Below are positions 1 to 10,121 of a DNA stretch of 64,000 nt, piece by piece. The notes beneath the pieces were generated by a model. That model searched no databases. It was given only the letters and a program-made list of their open reading frames with translations, and had not been told where the DNA came from. Made by a program: the position numbers and the translations under genes. Within the stretch, counting starts at the first letter, position 1, and the number at the start of each line of letters is the position of its first letter. The DNA is from a phage: assembly GCA_021683455.1 (NCBI GenBank), contig GCA_021683455.1_3051.1. The stretch is one strand, 5' to 3'.

Positions 1-641
<641 letters not shown>

Positions 642-642
<1 letters not shown>

Positions 643-878
643 TGGAAGGTTTAATTGAAGCTATTAAATCAAACGACCTCGTAGCCGCTCGTAAATTATT
701 TGCTGAAGCCATGGCTGCAAGAACGACTGATTTAATCAAAGAAGAAAAAATCACTATCGCTCGTAATTTCTTAATTGAGGGTGAAGAACCTGATGACGAG
801 GATGACGACGAAGATAGCGATGATGATAAAGACGACAAAAAAGACAAAGACTCTGACGAAGACGAGGATGATGAATAA
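642..878 (+). CDS. 67: prohead core protein gp67 with poly-Asp/Glu tail
   Basis: 78-aa ORF, ATGA overlap with gene 20 stop; extremely acidic C-terminus ([15 protein letters not shown]...); position between 20 and 68. Confidence 0.8.
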
Positions 879-1303
879 TGATTCTAATCCCTGAAACTCA
901 TGAATTAGTTCTCGAGAATGTCGAAGCACTTATTCCTGAAGCACAGGGTCGCTTTGACGAGTTGTCTTCTGCTTTAAATAAAGACGATATAAATAAAATT
1001 ATCGAGAATATGCTTGATGATGAAACTGATTTAGCGGTTGCATTAGCTTCTATTAATGAAAATATGCCGTTAAATGAATTTATCGTTAAACATGTTTCTG
1101 CCCGTGGTGAAATTACTCGCACTAAAGATCGCAAAACCCGCGAACGTAATGCATTTCAAACTACCGGGTTGTCTAAAGCAAAACGTAGACAAATTGCTCG
1201 TAAAGCTACCAAAACGAAGATTGCCAATCCAGCAGGTCAATCTCGTGCTCAGCGTAAGCGTAAAAAAGCTCTTAAACGCCGTAAAGCATTAGGATTAAGC
1301 TAA
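878..1303 (+). CDS. 68: prohead core protein gp68
   Basis: 141-aa ORF, start overlaps gp67 stop, basic C-terminal tail; synteny 67-68-21. Confidence 0.75.
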   Translation: MILIPETHELVLENVEALIPEAQGRFDELSSALNKDDINKIIENMLDDETDLAVALASINENMPLNEFIVKHVSARGEITRTKDRKTRERNAFQTTGLSKAKRRQIARKATKTKIANPAGQSRAQRKRKKALKRRKALGLS

Positions 1304-1941
1304 TGAATGAACCCCAATTGCTAATTGAAACTTGGGGTCAACCTGGCGAAATTATTGATGGTGTGCCAATGCTTGAATCCCATGATGGGAAAGACTTAGG
1401 TTTAAAACCTGGTTTATACATCGAAGGAATATTCATGCAAGCAGAAGTCGTCAATAGAAATAAACGTCTTTATCCAAAACGTATATTAGAAAAAGCGGTA
1501 AAAGACTATATTAATGAGCAAGTTTTAACTAAACAAGCTCTCGGAGAATTAAATCATCCTCCACGCGCTAATGTTGACCCAATGCAAGCCGCTATCATTA
1601 TAGAAGATATGTGGTGGAAAGGAAATGACGTATACGGACGAGCTCGTGTTATTGAAGGTGACCACGGTCCTGGAGATAAATTAGCAGCTAATATTCGTGC
1701 CGGATGGATTCCAGGAGTTTCTTCTCGTGGATTAGGTTCATTGACTGACACAAATAAAGGTTATCGTATCGTAAACGAAGGATTCAAATTAACTGTAGGT
1801 GTTGATGCAGTATGGGGTCCAAGTGCTCCAGATGCATGGGTAACTCCTAAGGAAATTACCGAATCACAGACGGCGGAAGCCGATACAAGTGCCGATGACG
1901 CCTATATGGCTCTCGCAGAGGCCATGAAAAAAGCGTTATAA
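1303..1941 (+). CDS. 21: prohead core scaffold protein and protease gp21
   Basis: 212-aa ORF; length and position match the T4 prohead protease; followed by a TATAAATA late promoter and gene 22. Confidence 0.85.
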   Translation: MNEPQLLIETWGQPGEIIDGVPMLESHDGKDLGLKPGLYIEGIFMQAEVVNRNKRLYPKRILEKAVKDYINEQVLTKQALGELNHPPRANVDPMQAAIIIEDMWWKGNDVYGRARVIEGDHGPGDKLAANIRAGWIPGVSSRGLGSLTDTNKGYRIVNEGFKLTVGVDAVWGPSAPDAWVTPKEITESQTAEADTSADDAYMALAEAMKKAL

Positions 1942-1944
1942 ATA
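1937..1944 (+). promoter_or_regulatory. late promoter TATAAATA upstream of gene 22
   Basis: Exact TATAAATA about 28 nt upstream of the gene 22 ATG. Confidence 0.6.
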
Positions 1945-1971
1945 TTATTATCTAAACAACAGGACTACAAA

Positions 1972-2781
1972 ATGCTTAAAGAACAACTGATTGCCGAAGC
2001 GCAGAAAATTGATGCTTCCGTTGCTCTTGATAGTATTTTCGAATCAGTTAATATTTCTCCGGAAGCAAAAGAAACTTTCGGCACTGTATTCGAAGCTACC
2101 GTCAAGCAGCACGCCGTTAAATTAGCTGAATCTCATATCGCTAAAATTGCTGAAAAAGCAGAAGAAGAAGTAGAAAAAAATAAAGAAGAAGCAGAAGAAA
2201 AAGCTGAGAAGAAAATCGCTGAGCAAGCTTCTAAATTCCTTGACCATCTTGCAAAAGAATGGCTCACTGAAAATAAATTAGCAGTAGATAAAGGCATCAA
2301 AGCCGAACTGTTTGAATCCATGCTTGGTGGATTGAAAGAGCTCTTCGTTGAACACAACGTTGTTGTTCCAGAAGAATCAGTTGATGTTGTAGCTGAAATG
2401 GAAGAAGAACTGCAAGAACATAAAGAAGAATCAGCTCGTCTGTTCGAAGAACTCAATAAGCGTGACGCATATATCAATTATGTGCAGCGTGAAGTGGCAT
2501 TGAGCGAAAGTACTAAAGATCTGACTGAGTCTCAAAAAGAAAAAGTCTCTGCTCTGGTCGAAGGTATTGATTATTCAGATGCATTCTCAAGCAAATTGAG
2601 TGCCATCGTAGAAATGGTGAAGAAATCTAATAAAGATGAAAGCACTATTACTGAGAGTATAAATACTCCTGATACTGAAGCAGCCGGACTGAATTTCGTC
2701 ACTGAAGCTGTAGAAGATAAATCTGCGCAAGGTGCAGAAGATATTGTAAGTGTATATGCGAAAGTCGCATCTCGTTTCTAA
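1972..2781 (+). CDS. 22: prohead core scaffold protein gp22
   Basis: 269-aa highly charged, coiled-coil-like (EEEVEKNKEEAEEKAEKK) ORF between 21 and 23. Confidence 0.85.
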   Translation: MLKEQLIAEAQKIDASVALDSIFESVNISPEAKETFGTVFEATVKQHAVKLAESHIAKIAEKAEEEVEKNKEEAEEKAEKKIAEQASKFLDHLAKEWLTENKLAVDKGIKAELFESMLGGLKELFVEHNVVVPEESVDVVAEMEEELQEHKEESARLFEELNKRDAYINYVQREVALSESTKDLTESQKEKVSALVEGIDYSDAFSSKLSAIVEMVKKSNKDESTITESINTPDTEAAGLNFVTEAVEDKSAQGAEDIVSVYAKVASRF

Positions 2782-2799
2782 TTTTAAAGGTTAACACAA

Positions 2800-4365
2800 A
2801 TGACTATCAAAACTAAAGCTGAACTTTTGAACAAATGGAAGCCATTACTGGAAGGTGAAGGTTTACCGGAAATTGCTAATAGCAAACAAGCGATTATCGC
2901 TAAAATCTTTGAAAACCAGGAAAAAGATTTCCAGACAGCTCCGGAATATAAAGACGAAAAAATTGCTCAGGCATTCGGTTCTTTCTTAACAGAAGCTGAA
3001 ATCGGTGGTGACCACGGTTACAATGCTACCAACATCGCTGCAGGTCAGACTTCTGGCGCAGTAACTCAGATTGGCCCAGCTGTTATGGGTATGGTACGTC
3101 GTGCTATTCCTAACCTGATTGCTTTCGATATTTGCGGTGTTCAGCCGATGAACAGCCCGACTGGTCAGGTATTCGCACTTCGTGCGGTATATGGTAAAGA
3201 CCCAATCGCTTCCGGCGCTAAAGAAGCATTCCACCCAATGTATGGTCCAGATGCAATGTTCTCTGGTCAGGGTGCTGCTAAGAAATTCGCTGCTTTGAAA
3301 GCAAGTGATACTCTTGAAGTTGGAACTATTTACACCCACTTCTTCCAGGACACTGGTACTGTGTATCTGCAAGCTACAGAAGCTAAACAAATTGATTCAG
3401 GCGCATCTGACGCAGCTAAATTAGATGCTGAAATTAAGAAACAAATGGAAGCAGGTGTACTGGTAGAAATCGCTGAAGGTATGGCTACTTCTATCGCTGA
3501 ACTCCAGGAAGGTTTTAACGGTTCTACCGATAACCCATGGAATGAAATGGGCTTCCGTATCGATAAGCAAGTTATCGAAGCTAAATCTCGTCAGCTGAAA
3601 GCTGCTTACTCTATTGAATTAGCACAAGACCTCCGCGCTGTTCATGGTATGGATGCTGATGCTGAACTGTCTGGTATTCTGGCTACCGAAATTATGCTGG
3701 AAATCAACCGCGAAGTTGTTGATTGGATTAACTACTCCGCTCAGGTTGGTAAATCTGGTATGACCCTGACTCCGGGTTCTAAAGCTGGTGTATTCGACTT
3801 CCAGGACCCAATCGATATTCGTGGTGCTCGCTGGGCGGGTGAATCCTTTAAAGCTCTGTTGTTCCAGATTGACAAAGAAGCAGTTGAAATTGCTCGTCAA
3901 ACCGGTCGTGGTGAAGGTAACTTCATTATCGCTTCCCGTAACGTAGTTAACGTTCTGGCTTCAGTTGATACCGGCATTTCTTATGCTGCACAAGGTCTGG
4001 CTACCGGCTTTAACACTGATACTACCAAGTCAGTATTTGCTGGTGTTCTGGGTGGTAAATACCGTGTATATATCGACCAGTATGCTAAACAGGATTATTT
4101 CACTGTAGGTTATAAAGGTCCGAACGAAATGGATGCTGGTATTTACTACGCTCCATATGTAGCTCTGACTCCACTGCGTGGTTCTGATCCGAAGAACTTC
4201 CAACCGGTAATGGGGTTCAAAACTCGTTACGGTATCGGTATCAACCCATTTGCAGAATCCGCTGCTCAGGCTCCGGCTTCTCGCATTCAGAGTGGTATGC
4301 CTTCTATCCTGAACAGCCTTGGTAAGAACGCTTACTTCCGCCGTGTATATGTTAAAGGTATCTAA
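2800..4365 (+). CDS. 23: major capsid protein gp23
   Basis: 521-aa ORF, length and sequence character of the T4 major head protein; strong GC-poor codon bias of a highly expressed late gene; followed by a terminator hairpin. Confidence 0.95.
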   Translation: MTIKTKAELLNKWKPLLEGEGLPEIANSKQAIIAKIFENQEKDFQTAPEYKDEKIAQAFGSFLTEAEIGGDHGYNATNIAAGQTSGAVTQIGPAVMGMVRRAIPNLIAFDICGVQPMNSPTGQVFALRAVYGKDPIASGAKEAFHPMYGPDAMFSGQGAAKKFAALKASDTLEVGTIYTHFFQDTGTVYLQATEAKQIDSGASDAAKLDAEIKKQMEAGVLVEIAEGMATSIAELQEGFNGSTDNPWNEMGFRIDKQVIEAKSRQLKAAYSIELAQDLRAVHGMDADAELSGILATEIMLEINREVVDWINYSAQVGKSGMTLTPGSKAGVFDFQDPIDIRGARWAGESFKALLFQIDKEAVEIARQTGRGEGNFIIASRNVVNVLASVDTGISYAAQGLATGFNTDTTKSVFAGVLGGKYRVYIDQYAKQDYFTVGYKGPNEMDAGIYYAPYVALTPLRGSDPKNFQPVMGFKTRYGIGINPFAESAAQAPASRIQSGMPSILNSLGKNAYFRRVYVKGI

Positions 4366-4380
4366 TCTTTGACGATTTAA

Positions 4381-4396
4381 GGGACCTTCGGGTCCC
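4381..4396 (+). terminator. stem-loop terminator after gene 23 (GGGACC-TTCG-GGTCCC)
   Basis: Perfect 6-bp GC-rich stem with TTCG tetraloop followed by T-run. Confidence 0.6.
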
Positions 4397-4413
4397 TTTA
4401 GTTGTTTTTATGG

Positions 4414-4421
4414 TATAAATA
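4414..4421 (+). promoter_or_regulatory. late promoter TATAAATA upstream of gene 24
   Basis: Exact TATAAATA about 28 nt upstream of the gene 24 ATG. Confidence 0.6.
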
Positions 4422-4448
4422 AATCATATAAACTGAAAGGAAAGCGCA

Positions 4449-5732
4449 ATGGCTAAAATCAACGAACTTCTGCGCGAATCAACCACAACGAATAGCAACT
4501 CAATCGGTCGCCCAAATCTCGTTGCTTTGACTCGCGCTACCACTAAATTAATATATTCTGACATTGTAGCAACGCAAAGAACTAATCAACCTGTTGCTGC
4601 TTTTTATGGTATCAAATACCTTAACCCAGACAACGAATTTACATTTAAAACTGGTGCTACTTATGCTGGCGAAGCTGGATATGTAGACCGAGAAAAAATC
4701 ACAGAATTAACAGAAGAGTCTAAATTAACTCTCAATAAAGGCGATTTATTCAAATATAATAATATCGTTTATAAAGTATTAGAAGATACACCATTTGCTG
4801 ATATTGAAGAAAGTGATTTAGAATTAGCTCTTCAGATTGCAATTGTTCTTTTAAAGGTTCGTCTATTTTCTGACGCAGCGTCAACAAGCAAATTTGAAAG
4901 CTCTGATAGTGAAATTGCGGATGCTAGATTCCAGATTAATAAATGGCAAACCGCAGTTAAATCTCGTAAACTTAAAACTGGTATCACGGTTGAATTAGCA
5001 CAAGATTTAGAAGCAAATGGATTCGATGCTCCTAATTTCTTAGAAGATTTGCTTGCAACTGAAATGGCAGATGAAATCAATAAAGATATTCTGCAGTCTT
5101 TGATTACAGTATCAAAACGTTATAAAGTTACAGGAATTACTGATACTGGATTCATTGATTTGAGTTATGCATCTGCACCTGAAGCTGGTCGTTCATTATA
5201 CCGAATGGTATGCGAAATGGTTTCGCATATCCAAAAAGAATCAACTTATACAGCAACGTTCTGTGTTGCTTCTGCTCGTGCCGCTGCGATTCTTGCTGCA
5301 TCTGGTTGGTTAAAACATAAACCAGAAGATGACAAGTATCTTTCACAAAATGCCTATGGGTTCTTAGCTAATGGTTTACCGCTTTATTGCGATACTAACA
5401 GCCCATTAGATTATGTAATCGTTGGCGTAGTAGAAAATATCGGTGAAAAAGAAATTGTTGGATCAATTTTCTATGCTCCGTATACAGAAGGTCTCGACTT
5501 AGATGACCCTGAACATGTAGGTGCATTTAAAGTTGTGGTTGATCCAGAAAGCTTACAACCGTCTATCGGTTTATTAGTTAGATATGCTTTATCTGCAAAT
5601 CCTTACACCGTAGCAAAAGATGAAAAAGAAGCAAGAGTAATTGATGGTGGAGACATGGATAAAATGGCGGGTCGTTCAGATTTGTCCGTTTTATTAGGTG
5701 TTAAGCTACCAAAAATTATCATTGATGAATAA
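4449..5732 (+). CDS. 24: capsid vertex protein gp24 (gp23 paralogue)
   Basis: 427-aa ORF directly downstream of gene 23; shares motifs with gp23 (ELAQDL, GSIFYAPY / GIYYAPY). Confidence 0.9.
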   Translation: MAKINELLRESTTTNSNSIGRPNLVALTRATTKLIYSDIVATQRTNQPVAAFYGIKYLNPDNEFTFKTGATYAGEAGYVDREKITELTEESKLTLNKGDLFKYNNIVYKVLEDTPFADIEESDLELALQIAIVLLKVRLFSDAASTSKFESSDSEIADARFQINKWQTAVKSRKLKTGITVELAQDLEANGFDAPNFLEDLLATEMADEINKDILQSLITVSKRYKVTGITDTGFIDLSYASAPEAGRSLYRMVCEMVSHIQKESTYTATFCVASARAAAILAASGWLKHKPEDDKYLSQNAYGFLANGLPLYCDTNSPLDYVIVGVVENIGEKEIVGSIFYAPYTEGLDLDDPEHVGAFKVVVDPESLQPSIGLLVRYALSANPYTVAKDEKEARVIDGGDMDKMAGRSDLSVLLGVKLPKIIIDE

Positions 5733-5738
5733 AACAAA

Positions 5739-5754
5739 GGGACCGAAAGGTCCC
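5739..5754. terminator. bidirectional stem-loop terminator between gene 24 and rnlB (GGGACC-GAAA-GGTCCC)
   Basis: Perfect hairpin flanked by A-run and T-run, between convergent genes. Confidence 0.6.
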
Positions 5755-5761
5755 TTTTTAT

Positions 5762-6766
5762 TTAGCTCACCAACTCAATCCAAGCCGGACGAAGTACATC
5801 TTGTACCATTTTAACTAATTCCTTTTTAACCAAAGAAGGATTATCTGCTTGAGTTAGAGCAATACCTTCACGAGAAGTTTCTTCCAAAATATCTTGGACA
5901 GTTAGCCCCATCACCTTTCCAAAATCCTTTGGACCAATTTCGCCAATTTTAGAAATAACGTTATTTACTCGGTTCAGTGTAACGTAACAAGCTAAAATTC
6001 CCACCAATTTGTTATCAGCTTCTGACAATTCAACTTTAGCTTTAATAGGCTTATCAGACTTTTTCTTTTCACTAAATTTAGAATTCTTGCATTTGATGGC
6101 TACACGATTGCGATTAGGCAGCCAAGAAGGATAACAAGGTTTCAATACATATCCTTCAGCGGTAAATACTTCGCCTTTGGCTTCGGCATTCCAAACGCAT
6201 TTATTTGCATCAACTAATCCAGCATGGTCTACTGTAAAATTATAATCTTGGATGACAGAATCTAAATCATTTGGCAATTTAATAAGCTCTTCAAATTTAC
6301 CGCGACCTAAAAGTGGAGCGATTTTAAACCCAAATGAATTACAGAATGATTCCATCATATAATCATCGACATAAGTCACATCACCACTTTCTGTAGTGAC
6401 AATAATGTCAAATACATAAAAATCTTTATCACCATAATCAACATTCTTCTGAATGCCAGGTCCAGCGAATTCGCCAAAGACTTGATAAGATACAACCGCT
6501 GAAGTTTCCATAATATCTTGTACTGCTTTAATGGAATCAGCGTAATTTTTTAGAATAATTTCATACCCAAAGAAATCTTCAGCAGGAAGAATCGGTCCAG
6601 TACGTTTAGCGCAAGTTACTTTATCACGCTCAATAATCAATGAGAAATTTGTGCCGTGAATCTTTTCACGAGCTACCCATTCGCCGCCAGTCAATCCCAA
6701 GCTATAAAGTTTTTCAATAAATTTAGAGTTGTAATGATTTTCAAGACTGCTATACTTTTTAAACAT
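5762..6766 (-). CDS. rnlB: RNA ligase 2
   Basis: 334-aa ORF; N-terminal nucleotidyltransferase lysine motif (REKIHGTNF); length and position downstream of gene 24 as in T4. Confidence 0.85.
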   Translation of the reverse strand: MFKKYSSLENHYNSKFIEKLYSLGLTGGEWVAREKIHGTNFSLIIERDKVTCAKRTGPILPAEDFFGYEIILKNYADSIKAVQDIMETSAVVSYQVFGEFAGPGIQKNVDYGDKDFYVFDIIVTTESGDVTYVDDYMMESFCNSFGFKIAPLLGRGKFEELIKLPNDLDSVIQDYNFTVDHAGLVDANKCVWNAEAKGEVFTAEGYVLKPCYPSWLPNRNRVAIKCKNSKFSEKKKSDKPIKAKVELSEADNKLVGILACYVTLNRVNNVISKIGEIGPKDFGKVMGLTVQDILEETSREGIALTQADNPSLVKKELVKMVQDVLRPAWIELVS

Positions 6767-6775
6767 AATTAATCC

Positions 6776-7054
6776 TCAAAATGTAATTTCTAACCAATCA
6801 CCATCACGCTGATCACTATTGACTTTAAAATTAAATCCTTCTTTTCTCAGCCAATCACCAATTTCTTCAGTAATCAATTTATCACGAGCAGTACAATAAT
6901 AACTAAAATATGTTTTACCTTGTTCAGCTGCTTTATTAGCAAGTTCTGAAAAATCTTTAATAAAACACTCTAGCTTAAACTGTTTACTTTTTAATGCTTT
7001 TTCACGTAATTGATTAGCAAAAGATTCATTTTCATAAAGATCATACTGTTCCAT
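6776..7054 (-). CDS. hypothetical protein (T4 24.2 position)
   Basis: 92-aa ORF, tightly packed between rnlB and the next ORF. Confidence 0.5.
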   Translation of the reverse strand: MEQYDLYENESFANQLREKALKSKQFKLECFIKDFSELANKAAEQGKTYFSYYCTARDKLITEEIGDWLRKEGFNFKVNSDQRDGDWLEITF

Positions 7055-7057
7055 TTT

Positions 7058-7255
7058 TCACCTTTTATTAATGTGTCTTTTTCTATAGACAACTTTTTCT
7101 CGAGTCTCAAATTTATTCTTTGCAGTCATAGCTCGAGCCCATAATACAGCCACTTCTTTCGCCTGTAAGTTTAATTCACGAGCAATTTCAATGAATGACT
7201 TTCCAGACTCATGAAGTGTAAACACCACAACTTCAGTTCTCATAATCAATCTCAT
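7058..7255 (-). CDS. small hypothetical protein with helix-turn-helix-like segment (T4 24.3 position)
   Basis: 65-aa ORF; segment SFIEIARELNLQAKEVAVLWARAM resembles an HTH; true start may be the internal Met at codon 5. Confidence 0.45.
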   Translation of the reverse strand: MRLIMRTEVVVFTLHESGKSFIEIARELNLQAKEVAVLWARAMTAKNKFETREKVVYRKRHINKR

Positions 7256-7324
7256 GTTATCGAGTTGGTGCCATTATATACATCATTTTCTGATCGTGTT
7301 TTGGATGCTTTCAAAATGAAAAAA

Positions 7325-7337
7325 GGGCCGAAGCCCC
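7325..7337 (-). terminator. stem-loop terminator downstream of hoc
   Basis: GGGC-CGAA-GCCC hairpin flanked by A-run/T-run, immediately 3-prime of the hoc stop. Confidence 0.5.
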
Positions 7338-7343
7338 TTTCGA

Positions 7344-8762
7344 TTATGGATAAGTATAGATGATACCAGTTTCTAAAGCAGTTTTATGGATGATGTATCC
7401 ATTACGTGATTCTTGAACATCAACTTCTGGATAATCTTTCATCATCTTCTGAAGCGTATAACGATGCAAGTAGTACTTACTATCTGGATCATCAGTTTTC
7501 CAATCTTTACCTTCTTCTGTCATTTTTTGGATTTCATCCATAACCCACCAACCGCACCAGATGTAAGCTGAAGTACGGTGTGGAAGAGGATGAACATAAG
7601 GCAATTCACCTTCTGGTTCCGGAGCAACTTTATCAGTTACCTGAACTTGACCCGTCGTTTTAACTGTTTTGCTATCATAATCAGTAGCAGTAACAGTTGC
7701 CGTAACTTCAATAGTTTGACTTCCAATAGATGAGGTATCAACGGTATATACATTAGTTGACCCTTCTGCAGGAGAAGAATCTTTCTTCCATGAATATTCA
7801 ATTTGCGCTTCTTCTGGAGCACCAGTGACATTAGCGGTAAATGTAGCTGAAGCATCTTGCTGAACGTTAATAGAAGGAGGAGTCAATGTAACCTGTGGAT
7901 TCATTGTCTTCTTATTAACTGTTAATGATACTTCATTAGAAGTAACTTCCTTTTCATTGTAATTTTCTGCTGTTACTTGGGCTACGCATTTAATTCTTTT
8001 TACTCCACTTGTAGTTGGAGTATAGCTAAATGTAGAGTTAGTTTCTCCACCAACTTGAGAATCATCTACATACCATTTATATGTAGCAGACGCTCCATCA
8101 GGTTGAGAAGCTAAGGCAGCAGTAAATTGAACTGGGGTTCCAATTACTCCTGCTGGAGGACTATTAGGAGTTACTGCCAAAGTAGTTGTCTGTGTCTTTT
8201 TATTAACAGTCAGTGATACTTCATTCGAAGTAACGGTTTTTTCATCATAATTTGTCGCGGTTACTTGAGCTACACACTTGATTTTTTTAACTCCGCTGGC
8301 GGCAGGAGTGTAATTAAATGTAGCAGAAGTCGCTTCGTCTACAGGAGAATCGTCAACGTACCATTGATACGTAGCAGATGCACCTGATGGCTGCGAAGCT
8401 AAGGCAGCAGTAAATTTAACAGCTGTTCCGATTACTCCAGCAGCGGGACTATTGGGAGTTACTGCCAATGTAGTTGTCTGAGTTTTATTTTTAACCGTTA
8501 TAGTAGTTGATGCTTGAGCTGTTTCAGGACTACTATCTGCAACTTGGTTTGTTGCAACTACCTTAATAGTCTTTTGACCGGCAGGTCCTTTTAACGTATA
8601 ATCAAAAGTTGCAGACGTTTCTTCCTGCGGTGCATCGTCAACAGTCCAAGCATAGGTAATAGGTCCATCTCCAGTTTGACCACTGGGCGTAGCAGTAAAC
8701 TGCTGAGTCTGATCTATAACTCCAGCAGGTGTTTTAGGAGTTATATCAACTGTAAAAGCCAT
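7344..8762 (-). CDS. hoc: Hoc outer capsid decoration protein, four Ig-like domains plus capsid-binding C-terminal domain
   Basis: 472-aa ORF; four tandem ~95-aa Ig-like modules (two nearly identical) followed by a Trp/Tyr-rich C-terminal domain; position between 24.x ORFs and inh. Confidence 0.85.
   Translation of the reverse strand: MAFTVDITPKTPAGVIDQTQQFTATPSGQTGDGPITYAWTVDDAPQEETSATFDYTLKGPAGQKTIKVVATNQVADSSPETAQASTTITVKNKTQTTTLAVTPNSPAAGVIGTAVKFTAALASQPSGASATYQWYVDDSPVDEATSATFNYTPAASGVKKIKCVAQVTATNYDEKTVTSNEVSLTVNKKTQTTTLAVTPNSPPAGVIGTPVQFTAALASQPDGASATYKWYVDDSQVGGETNSTFSYTPTTSGVKRIKCVAQVTAENYNEKEVTSNEVSLTVNKKTMNPQVTLTPPSINVQQDASATFTANVTGAPEEAQIEYSWKKDSSPAEGSTNVYTVDTSSIGSQTIEVTATVTATDYDSKTVKTTGQVQVTDKVAPEPEGELPYVHPLPHRTSAYIWCGWWVMDEIQKMTEEGKDWKTDDPDSKYYLHRYTLQKMMKDYPEVDVQESRNGYIIHKTALETGIIYTYP
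7917..8492 (-). repeat. tandem ~288-bp duplication inside hoc encoding two near-identical Ig-like domains
   Basis: Protein segments KNKTQTTTLAVTPNSPAAGVIGTAVKFTAALASQP... and NKKTQTTTLAVTPNSPPAGVIGTPVQFTAALASQP... (96 aa each) are ~85 percent identical; DNA copies are likewise near-identical. Confidence 0.85.
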
Positions 8763-8771
8763 ATGTTATCC

Positions 8772-9452
8772 TTATTTTAATGTTACGAAAGAAGAATTGC
8801 GTGTTTCACGAATTAAAACTGATCCGTCGCGATTAATGTAATAAATTAAGCTAAACAAAGTTTGGTGTGCTGACGCGTGTTCAAAACTAGTTGGATGAGA
8901 TTTCCAATCAGGAGTTTCAGCGATCCATTGATAAATCCACCAAGGAACCGTACAGAATCCTGGATTTTTCCCCAATAATTGAAGATTCGGGCTAAAGTTT
9001 TCCGGAAGAGTAAATACAGACGGCTTTTCAGATTCAATAATCTCAGCTACAGCTTGTTCAAACTTTTCTTCAACAAAAGGAGTGTCTTCAATCAAAACGT
9101 CAGTATTTTCAGGAATTTTATCCGTTTCTACCACTTCAATTTTAATATCAGATTTAACTGGAGAATCAATCAGAAGTGCTGCTTCTGGATTAACTTCTTC
9201 ATCGTCATATTTTAATCCCTCTGCAGCATCAGCAGCATCAATTAAGTCTTTAATAGATAACCCATCAGTCTCTGGCATAGGTTCACTAGCGAGCTTCTGG
9301 AGGGCTTCTTCAATATCAACAACGATATTATCAAAAGATTTATTCTTTTTGACCTTTATACCAAACTGTTCAGCGTATTCAGCTAATTTAGCTTTAGCTT
9401 CTTTATTATCATCAAGAGCCTTCAGCTCTGCAATATAATCTTTATCTATCAT
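8772..9452 (-). CDS. inh: Inh, inhibitor of prohead protease (hoc.1 position)
   Basis: 226-aa ORF immediately upstream of hoc on the same strand; length and synteny as in T4. Confidence 0.65.
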   Translation of the reverse strand: MIDKDYIAELKALDDNKEAKAKLAEYAEQFGIKVKKNKSFDNIVVDIEEALQKLASEPMPETDGLSIKDLIDAADAAEGLKYDDEEVNPEAALLIDSPVKSDIKIEVVETDKIPENTDVLIEDTPFVEEKFEQAVAEIIESEKPSVFTLPENFSPNLQLLGKNPGFCTVPWWIYQWIAETPDWKSHPTSFEHASAHQTLFSLIYYINRDGSVLIRETRNSSFVTLK

Positions 9453-9466
9453 AATATTTCCTCAGT

Positions 9467-9474
9467 ATAAATAT
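9467..9474 (+). promoter_or_regulatory. late promoter TATAAATA upstream of GIY-YIG endonuclease gene and uvsW
   Basis: Exact TATAAATA about 28 nt upstream of the ATG at 9502. Confidence 0.55.
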
Positions 9475-9501
9475 AGATATATTTATTACTCGGAAAATAG
9501 T

Positions 9502-10119
9502 ATGTACCACTTTGTATATGAAACAACAAATCTAATAAATGGTAAAAAGTATATAGGAAAACACTCTACTGATGACTTGAATGATGGTTACCTTGGTTCC
9601 GGTAAGGCAATTCAGCAGGCTATAAAGAAATATGGTGAAAACAATTTCTCTAGAACAATACTAAAAGAGTTTAAAACTTCTGAAGAAGCGTACATGTATG
9701 AAGAAGAAATTATAACTCCTGAACTAATAAAAAGCAAAAATTATTATAATATGAAACCTGGTGGAATTGGTGGAATTGTTATGACTACAGAGGTTATAAC
9801 AAAGATGAAAGAATCTTCCGCTAAAAGATTTGAAAACTCACCAGGCACGGTATTAGGTAAAACTTGTTACACTAATGGAACTAAAAATATTTTTATTAAA
9901 CCTGGAGAACTTGTTCCAGAAGGATTTGTAAAAGGGATGGTTCATCCTAATAGAAAGTCCAGAAAAGGATGTAAAGTCAAACCGACTACCACAGGAACTT
10001 TTTGGGTCAATAATGGCGCAATAAATAAATTAATACAACCAGACGGTATTATTCCCGACGGATTTATTAAAGGTCGTCTCATGAAAAGAGATTCTAAAGG
10101 CAAATTTAGTAAGGCATAA
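9502..10119 (+). CDS. GIY-YIG family homing endonuclease (SegE-like position between inh and uvsW)
   Basis: 205-aa ORF with N-terminal GIY-YIG module (HFVYETTNLINGKKYIGKHST...GSG), basic C-terminal DNA-binding region. Confidence 0.75.
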   Translation: MYHFVYETTNLINGKKYIGKHSTDDLNDGYLGSGKAIQQAIKKYGENNFSRTILKEFKTSEEAYMYEEEIITPELIKSKNYYNMKPGGIGGIVMTTEVITKMKESSAKRFENSPGTVLGKTCYTNGTKNIFIKPGELVPEGFVKGMVHPNRKSRKGCKVKPTTTGTFWVNNGAINKLIQPDGIIPDGFIKGRLMKRDSKGKFSKA

Positions 10120-10121
10120 TT

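Noticed and set aside
780-878. GAT/GAC/GAA-rich repetitive stretch
   Set aside because: It encodes the poly-Asp/Glu tail of prohead core protein gp67; coding low complexity, not a regulatory repeat.
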